Origin: an uncultured archaeon
GTDB lineage: Archaea; Thermoproteota; Bathyarchaeia; Bathyarchaeales; Bathycorpusculaceae
Direction: 5' to 3'
Assembly (NCBI GenBank): GCA_963810275.1
Contig: CAWENF010000003.1
Location: 64,001-128,000 of the forward strand
DNA: 64,000 bases
Shown here: positions 58,830 through 64,000 of the stretch, piece by piece
How positions within the stretch are numbered: the first letter of the stretch is position 1
How the letters are laid out: every line of letters begins with the position of its first letter
Position numbers and translations under genes: made by a program
The notes under the pieces: generated by a model
The model's input: the letters and a program-made list of their open reading frames with translations, nothing else
Database searches by the model: none
Told to the model about the DNA's origin: nothing

Positions 58830-59285
58830 TTAGGATGGGAGTTGTTTGCCGCATTTTGGGCAGTACTGTGCTTCTCCCCCGACGGGATTGCCGCATTGAG
58901 GACAGTATTTGGTGGTGGCTTCGTCGACAGGCTGGGAATATGGGGGTTGTTGATAGGTGGGTTGGTTTTGGGGATAGATAGGTTGGTATTGGGGTGTGGC
59001 TTGAACCGGTTGGTGTGTAAGGGCGAGTATTCCACCGATCAGCGTGATGACGTTCAGGAGGCTAAGCACAGATAGGACTATAATGTAGATGCCGTACTTC
59101 TGGTGCTCCTCAGGTTGAGCCATTAGACGTTGAGCAAACATAATCATCAGTGCGTTGGCGACAATTATCCAGATGCCTATTAAAACGAAGATCAGGACGA
59201 CACCTAAGAGTATGCCAAGTATGCCGCCGATTAGGGTGCAGTAGTATGCTGCTGAGGGCTTGTCAACTGATTGCTGGTTATACAT
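58830..59285 (-). CDS. Membrane protein with Pro/Gln linker and C-terminal zinc ribbon
   Basis: TM helices, QPIYPQNQPTYQQPPY, YCPQCG and YCPKCG; likely start MYNQQ. Confidence 0.75.
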   Translation of the reverse strand: MYNQQSVDKPSAAYYCTLIGGILGILLGVVLIFVLIGIWIIVANALMIMFAQRLMAQPEEHQKYGIYIIVLSVLSLLNVITLIGGILALTHQPVQATPQYQPIYPQNQPTYQQPPYSQPVDEATTKYCPQCGNPVGGEAQYCPKCGKQLPS

Positions 59286-59433
59286 GTAAGTTAACCTTGT
59301 TGCATTCATTATCCAAGCGCTATGTATAAAAAAATAATGCTTACAAAAATCGCATGTATACATACGAGTTTGTTTTGCGATTTGTTTATGTTGCACAAAG
59401 CCTCATCCATAAACAGCACGGAGTGTACACTCG

Positions 59434-60498
59434 TTGGCATCCAAAAACGAAAAAATTACTATGATGCACGGCGCAGGCGGCACTGTCATGCATGACCTCG
59501 TCAAAAACTACGTCGTCAAAGCCTTCGGAGGCATCGGCAACGCAGAAGTCCCCATAGAAGCCATGGATGACGCAGCCGTCGTAGGCGACATAGTCATCAA
59601 AAGCGACAGCCATGCTGTGAAACCGATCTTTTTCTCTGGAGGCGACATCGGACGCATCGCCATCTCAGGTACAGTGAATGACATCAGCTGCCTAGGAGCT
59701 AAACCATTCGCACTCGCCTGCGGGTTAGTCTTGGAAGAAGGTCTGTTGATATCAGATTTAGAGCTGGTTCTGGCGAGCATGCGTGAAGCCTGCATCGAAG
59801 CCGATGTCGGCATAGTTACAGGAGATACAAAAGTCGTCGAAAAAGGCTCCCTCGGCGGAATGATCATGAATGTGTCAGGCGTTGGCAAACGCACTCCAGC
59901 GCTGGAAAGCAACCTAGCCGTAGTTGAGAAAACACGCAAACTCAAAGCTCGCTGGACTCTGGATTCGAACTTGGCAGTAGGTGACAAAATTATACTTACA
60001 GGCGCAATCGGCGACCATGGCATTGCTGTACTCTCAGCTCAGCAAGGACTAAAGTTCGGCAGTGAAATTAAATCCGACGTCAAACCCCTCAATGTGATGG
60101 TTCAGAAGATGCTGGGTGAAGTCGGAGGGATAGTAGCTATGAAGGACCCCACGCGAGGCGGCTTGGCAGATGCCCTCAACGAGTGGACAGAAAAAAGCAA
60201 AGTGGGAATCCTAACTTACGAAGACAAAATCCCAATCCACAGCGACGTACAGACCGCATGCGAGATGCTTGGCTTAGACCCTCTCGAAATCGGCAATGAA
60301 GGTAAACTAATCATCGGCGTCGTTCCCGACAAGACGGAGGAGACACTGGAGTTTTTGAGGCAAACCCCCCAGGGGAAAGAAGCAGAAATAATCGGTGAAG
60401 TTACTTCGGCGTTTAATGGTGTTGCTATGCAGACAGTTGTGGGCGGGAAACGTATTATTGCACGTCCTGTAGGCGACCCTGTGCCTCGCATCTGTTAA
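59434..60498 (+). CDS. hypE: Hydrogenase maturation protein HypE
   Basis: HGAGG, GTVND, TGDTKVV, KDPTRGG and terminal PRIC. Confidence 0.95.
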   Translation: MASKNEKITMMHGAGGTVMHDLVKNYVVKAFGGIGNAEVPIEAMDDAAVVGDIVIKSDSHAVKPIFFSGGDIGRIAISGTVNDISCLGAKPFALACGLVLEEGLLISDLELVLASMREACIEADVGIVTGDTKVVEKGSLGGMIMNVSGVGKRTPALESNLAVVEKTRKLKARWTLDSNLAVGDKIILTGAIGDHGIAVLSAQQGLKFGSEIKSDVKPLNVMVQKMLGEVGGIVAMKDPTRGGLADALNEWTEKSKVGILTYEDKIPIHSDVQTACEMLGLDPLEIGNEGKLIIGVVPDKTEETLEFLRQTPQGKEAEIIGEVTSAFNGVAMQTVVGGKRIIARPVGDPVPRIC

Positions 60499-60837
60499 AT
60501 ACTAATTCCAGTCTTTTTTAGGCATTATTCAATGATATAGCTATTCTTGGGAGCAATAATAAAAAATATAAGCGTTTTTATCCAAATTGCTTTTGTTATT
60601 ATAAAAGTGCAGATACATCGTTATTTATTCAACGTATAGCAGTAGATAGCCTCAAGGATAGCTTAGACGCGGTGGTTCTCTCTTCTATCTTCCTGATTCT
60701 CTTTCCTTTCGTTTAAGCCATCTTTTTCATTACTTTGCATTATTTTTACATTTTTTTTAATTTCAACCGCTAAGTCGACACTAACAATATAATCTTTTGT
60801 GCAGTGTGTAAATCTACTTTGGAGAGGGGAAAAAAGT

Positions 60838-61014
60838 ATGGGCGAATATGAACCTTTACAAGAAATTCCATTAAAAGACAAAAACTACCGAATCGACATA
60901 GGGGCATATGGGAGTATCTCTGTGGAGGCACCCACTAAAGAGGAGTGTTTGGAACTTTTTCGGGAAGTTACCAGCACCCGCAAAGATACACGCCTCGCTC
61001 AAGCCATAAGATAA
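60838..61014 (+). CDS. Small hypothetical protein
   Basis: MGEYEPLQEIPLKD... with GGAGAGG upstream. Confidence 0.45.
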   Translation: MGEYEPLQEIPLKDKNYRIDIGAYGSISVEAPTKEECLELFREVTSTRKDTRLAQAIR

Positions 61015-61022
61015 AAAGAAAG

Positions 61023-62114
61023 TTAAGTTGCATTAACAACGGCGTTTTTAGCCCAAACCCGGCAGGTTCCTTCGCTGCTCACCATGCAGGCACCAACGGG
61101 TTTAGCGGGGGTACAGGCGTTAAGGAACAGAGGGCACTGGTTGGGTTTTATTTTTCCGACGATCACGTTATGGCATTGACAACCTGCTTGGATGTCTTTG
61201 CCCTGTGCCTCTTTTAAGCCGTATTTTTTGCGTGAATCAAACTTTGAAAGGTTGGGTTTGAGTTGATAGGCGGAGTTTTCAAGTTTGCCTATGCCACGCC
61301 AGCCACCCGCAGAGACATTAAAAGCTTTTTCCATGGCATCAAGGGCTTTTTTGTTGCCTTCAGCTTTGACTACACGACTGTATTCGTTTTCCAACTTAAT
61401 ATTGCCAGTGCTGCATTGCTTTAGAATCATGTAAATAGACATTAACACGTCATTGGGTTCGAAGCCTGCCACGACGGTGGGCATGCGGTATCCCTTTGTG
61501 AAGAGTTCATAGGGTTTGGTGCCGATTATAGCGCTGACATGCCCGGGGGCGATGAAACCGTCGATTTGCAGGTCCTCCACACCCAAAAGCAACTCCATTG
61601 CAGGTGGAATAAGGCGATGAGATACGAGAAAGCTAAAGTTTTCAGGTAAGTCGCCAAGCACTTCAATCGCTGTTATGGGGGCGGTTGTTTCAAATCCTAC
61701 CGCGTGGAATACAAACTCCTTCTGAGGTTCTTGCCGCGCCATTTCCACGGCGTCACTGAGTGCGTAAACGACCCGGACATCTGCACCGCCTGCTTTAGCT
61801 TCAATAAGCGAAGACTCACTACCAGGTACACGTAGCAAATCACCAAAACAAGTAAGAACCTTACCTTTTTTGGCTAGCTGCACCGCCTCGTCAATTTCAG
61901 AGGCAGGTACAATGCAAACTGGGCAGCCGGGTCCAGCGATGACCTCCACGTTTTTAGGCAGTAAACTGCGCAGACCAAAATGTGTTATAGTCCACTCGTG
62001 TGTACCGCATACATGACAAATTTTAATTCCTCCCGTTTTCGGGGCAACCTGACTGATTTTCTTAGCGATTTCACGGGCGGTTTCGGGGTTTCTAAAACGC
62101 ATAGACTCAGACAT
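61023..62114 (-). CDS. hypD: Hydrogenase maturation protein HypD
   Basis: CGTHE, GPGCPVC, GFETT, PGHVS and CMVSSEGTC. Confidence 0.97.
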   Translation of the reverse strand: MSESMRFRNPETAREIAKKISQVAPKTGGIKICHVCGTHEWTITHFGLRSLLPKNVEVIAGPGCPVCIVPASEIDEAVQLAKKGKVLTCFGDLLRVPGSESSLIEAKAGGADVRVVYALSDAVEMARQEPQKEFVFHAVGFETTAPITAIEVLGDLPENFSFLVSHRLIPPAMELLLGVEDLQIDGFIAPGHVSAIIGTKPYELFTKGYRMPTVVAGFEPNDVLMSIYMILKQCSTGNIKLENEYSRVVKAEGNKKALDAMEKAFNVSAGGWRGIGKLENSAYQLKPNLSKFDSRKKYGLKEAQGKDIQAGCQCHNVIVGKIKPNQCPLFLNACTPAKPVGACMVSSEGTCRVWAKNAVVNAT

Positions 62115-62126
62115 AACAAGCCCCGC

Positions 62127-62354
62127 TTATTCTTCTCCTGCGGAAGCTAAAACGTCATTCCAGAGGCTCAGAGTTTCGAGTGCCTCTTTCTCTTCAAGAA
62201 CCTGTATTGCGTAGCCTGCATGGACAAGCACGTAGTCACCGAGGTTAGCGTCCACAAGCGACACGTTAACGTCTCGCAGCACGCCCCTGCCGAAATCGAC
62301 TTGGGCTTTTTCACCCTGCAGGGACATGATTTTTGCTGGAATTGCCAGACACAT
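62127..62354 (-). CDS. hypC: Hydrogenase chaperone HypC
   Basis: MCLAIPA and GDYVLVHAGYAI. Confidence 0.95.
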   Translation of the reverse strand: MCLAIPAKIMSLQGEKAQVDFGRGVLRDVNVSLVDANLGDYVLVHAGYAIQVLEEKEALETLSLWNDVLASAGEE

Positions 62355-62403
62355 AAACATCAACCTCTAAAAAAGGGTGTTGGGGCGATAAAAACAGATT
62401 GGT

Positions 62404-64000
62404 CTAAATATTGGAAATTGATGCTACGACTGCTTGACCAAAAGAGACGCCCCCATCACCCGGCGGAACCTGCTCATGCATAAAGAAACATAGCCGACTT
62501 GCTTCGACGGTTTTGCGCATTAGGGTGACGAGAAGCTGGTTACATGCCGCTCCGCCTGTGAAACCCACGTTTTTTGCTCCGATTTGCCTGGCTTTTTCGA
62601 CCGCTATTTCTGCTAAACCCTCTGCAATGTAGGCATGAACAGAGTAAGCTAAATCCATAGGAGAATAATTCTTCAAGTTAGTGTAAAGCTCTGACAGTAA
62701 AAACGTTGTGTCCAGAATGCCACCGCTGATTTTTGGCTCCAGTTTTAAGGTGTCTTTGCCTTGCAGGGCCGCCGACTCCAGCTTCATCGCAGGTTCGCCC
62801 TCGTAGGTACGTTGGAAACAGATGCCTAAAACCGCAGCCGCAGCATCCAAGACTCGACCGCAACTCGATGTTAGCATTGCGCTTGTACCGCTCCGCAACT
62901 GTTGAGCCAGGAGGTTGGCTTCTAAGTCGCCGTGCTGCAGGCACATACTATTTTGAAGCAACCAAGGGTACACGTTAACGCCTGCCTTATGCAGCATACC
63001 CGCAGCCATCCGCAGGGGATAACGGCTAGCCAAGTCTCCACCCAAAAGAGGCTGCAACTCGAGATGCCCCAGCCGCTCAAAACCCCGCCTGTCCGATTTA
63101 CAGAGGAGCACTTCGCCGCCCCATGCCTCGCTGCCGAGCCCGTAGCCATAGCCGTCGCAGGCAACCGCCAAAACCTCATCCAATTCATGCTCAGCCATCA
63201 AAGCAGCCGCATGCGCATGATGATGCTGCACCTGCACCAACTCCAAACCGCTAGTCTCCGCCATCTCTTGAGCGAGGTGGGTAGTATTGAATTTTGGGTG
63301 TAAATCGCAGGCGACCATGCTGGGTTGACAGTTGGTTAGGTGCTGGAGGTGCTGGATGGCTTTCTGGAGGAAGGTTTGGGTTTCGATGTTTTTGACATCA
63401 CCGATGTGCTGTGTGATAAAGGCTTTGTTGCCTGTTAGGATGGTTGCGGTGTCGTTGAGTTCACCGCCTAAAGCCACTACGCAGCGATCCGTTTTGCTTT
63501 TGAGCCTAATGGGGACTGGAGCATAGCCTCGGCTTCTGCGGATGAAAACTTGCCGTGTGCCGTGGACGCGCATGACTGAGTCGTCGCATCGGTGGGCAAT
63601 TCTACGATTATGAAACAGGAAGTAGTCAACCGTTTCGCCGAGGATTTTAAGAGCTTCGGCATTATCGTTGACTATGGGTTGGTTAGCTGGATTGGCGCTG
63701 GTCATAACAAATCCTTGGTCGGTGATTTGGTCGAAGAGCATGTAATGAAGCGCCGTGTAGGGGAGCATGACACCGATGTTGTGTAGGTTGGGCGCAACCA
63801 ATGCTGAAAGCTGGTATTGTGGGTTTTTGTTTAGCAGAACAATGGGGCGCTGAGGCGAAGTGAGCAGCTCCCGCTCTTTTGCGTTGATATATGCGAAACT
63901 TTCCGCTGCCTCTAAGCTGCGCGCCATAACTGCAAACGGTTTCTCTTTGCGATGTTTGGTTTCGCGCAGCTGCAGCAGAGGTTCTTCGAGCATTGTGGAA
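62404..64000 (-). CDS. hypF: Carbamoyltransferase HypF (N-terminus outside the window)
   Basis: KPFAVM, MTSAN, RRSRGY, DLHP, QHHHAH, DGYGYG and PPGDGGVSFGQ. Confidence 0.95.
   Translation of the reverse strand, partial: STMLEEPLLQLRETKHRKEKPFAVMARSLEAAESFAYINAKERELLTSPQRPIVLLNKNPQYQLSALVAPNLHNIGVMLPYTALHYMLFDQITDQGFVMTSANPANQPIVNDNAEALKILGETVDYFLFHNRRIAHRCDDSVMRVHGTRQVFIRRSRGYAPVPIRLKSKTDRCVVALGGELNDTATILTGNKAFITQHIGDVKNIETQTFLQKAIQHLQHLTNCQPSMVACDLHPKFNTTHLAQEMAETSGLELVQVQHHHAHAAALMAEHELDEVLAVACDGYGYGLGSEAWGGEVLLCKSDRRGFERLGHLELQPLLGGDLASRYPLRMAAGMLHKAGVNVYPWLLQNSMCLQHGDLEANLLAQQLRSGTSAMLTSSCGRVLDAAAAVLGICFQRTYEGEPAMKLESAALQGKDTLKLEPKISGGILDTTFLLSELYTNLKNYSPMDLAYSVHAYIAEGLAEIAVEKARQIGAKNVGFTGGAACNQLLVTLMRKTVEASRLCFFMHEQVPPGDGGVSFGQAVVASISNI

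Noticed and set aside
165-63786. Many antisense or overlapping ORFs in the track (e.g. 165-467, 21553-22380, 49879-50385, 53112-53585, 59508-60023)
   Set aside because: They are shadows of well-supported genes on the opposite strand or another frame, and have no recognisable motifs.

Overview
Archaeal chromosome segment, most consistent with Bathyarchaeia (TACK). The basis is the archaeal r-protein cluster rpl22 to secY with rnp1, L19e, L32e and S4e, an ATP-dependent DNA ligase, hypFCDE, an intron-containing tRNA and large secreted beta-propeller/S8 proteins. Most of the window is housekeeping or surface-related. The main accessory feature is an AT-rich 8.36-kb element (8668-17060) integrated in the 3' end of tRNA-Leu(TAA) and bounded by a perfect 32-bp direct repeat. 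That repeat splits a tyrosine recombinase gene into int(N) and int(C), as in SSV1-type integrases. The element has a core module (MCM-like AAA+ ATPase, Zn finger, degraded winged-helix gene) and two cargo arms: surface proteins on the left, AbiJ-like and HEPN-like genes on the right. Nine copies of a ~33-bp bipartite motif, ACCTTTTC(C/A)-N9-11-GT(A/G)TAC-..CCCT, sit at or near cargo gene boundaries and were not seen outside the element. I propose them as candidate sites of an integron- or pdif-like cassette system that is not canonical attC. The target tRNA has a D-arm intron and a 65-bp internal tandem duplication. Frameshifts in many unrelated genes suggest consensus errors, so pseudogene calls are uncertain.
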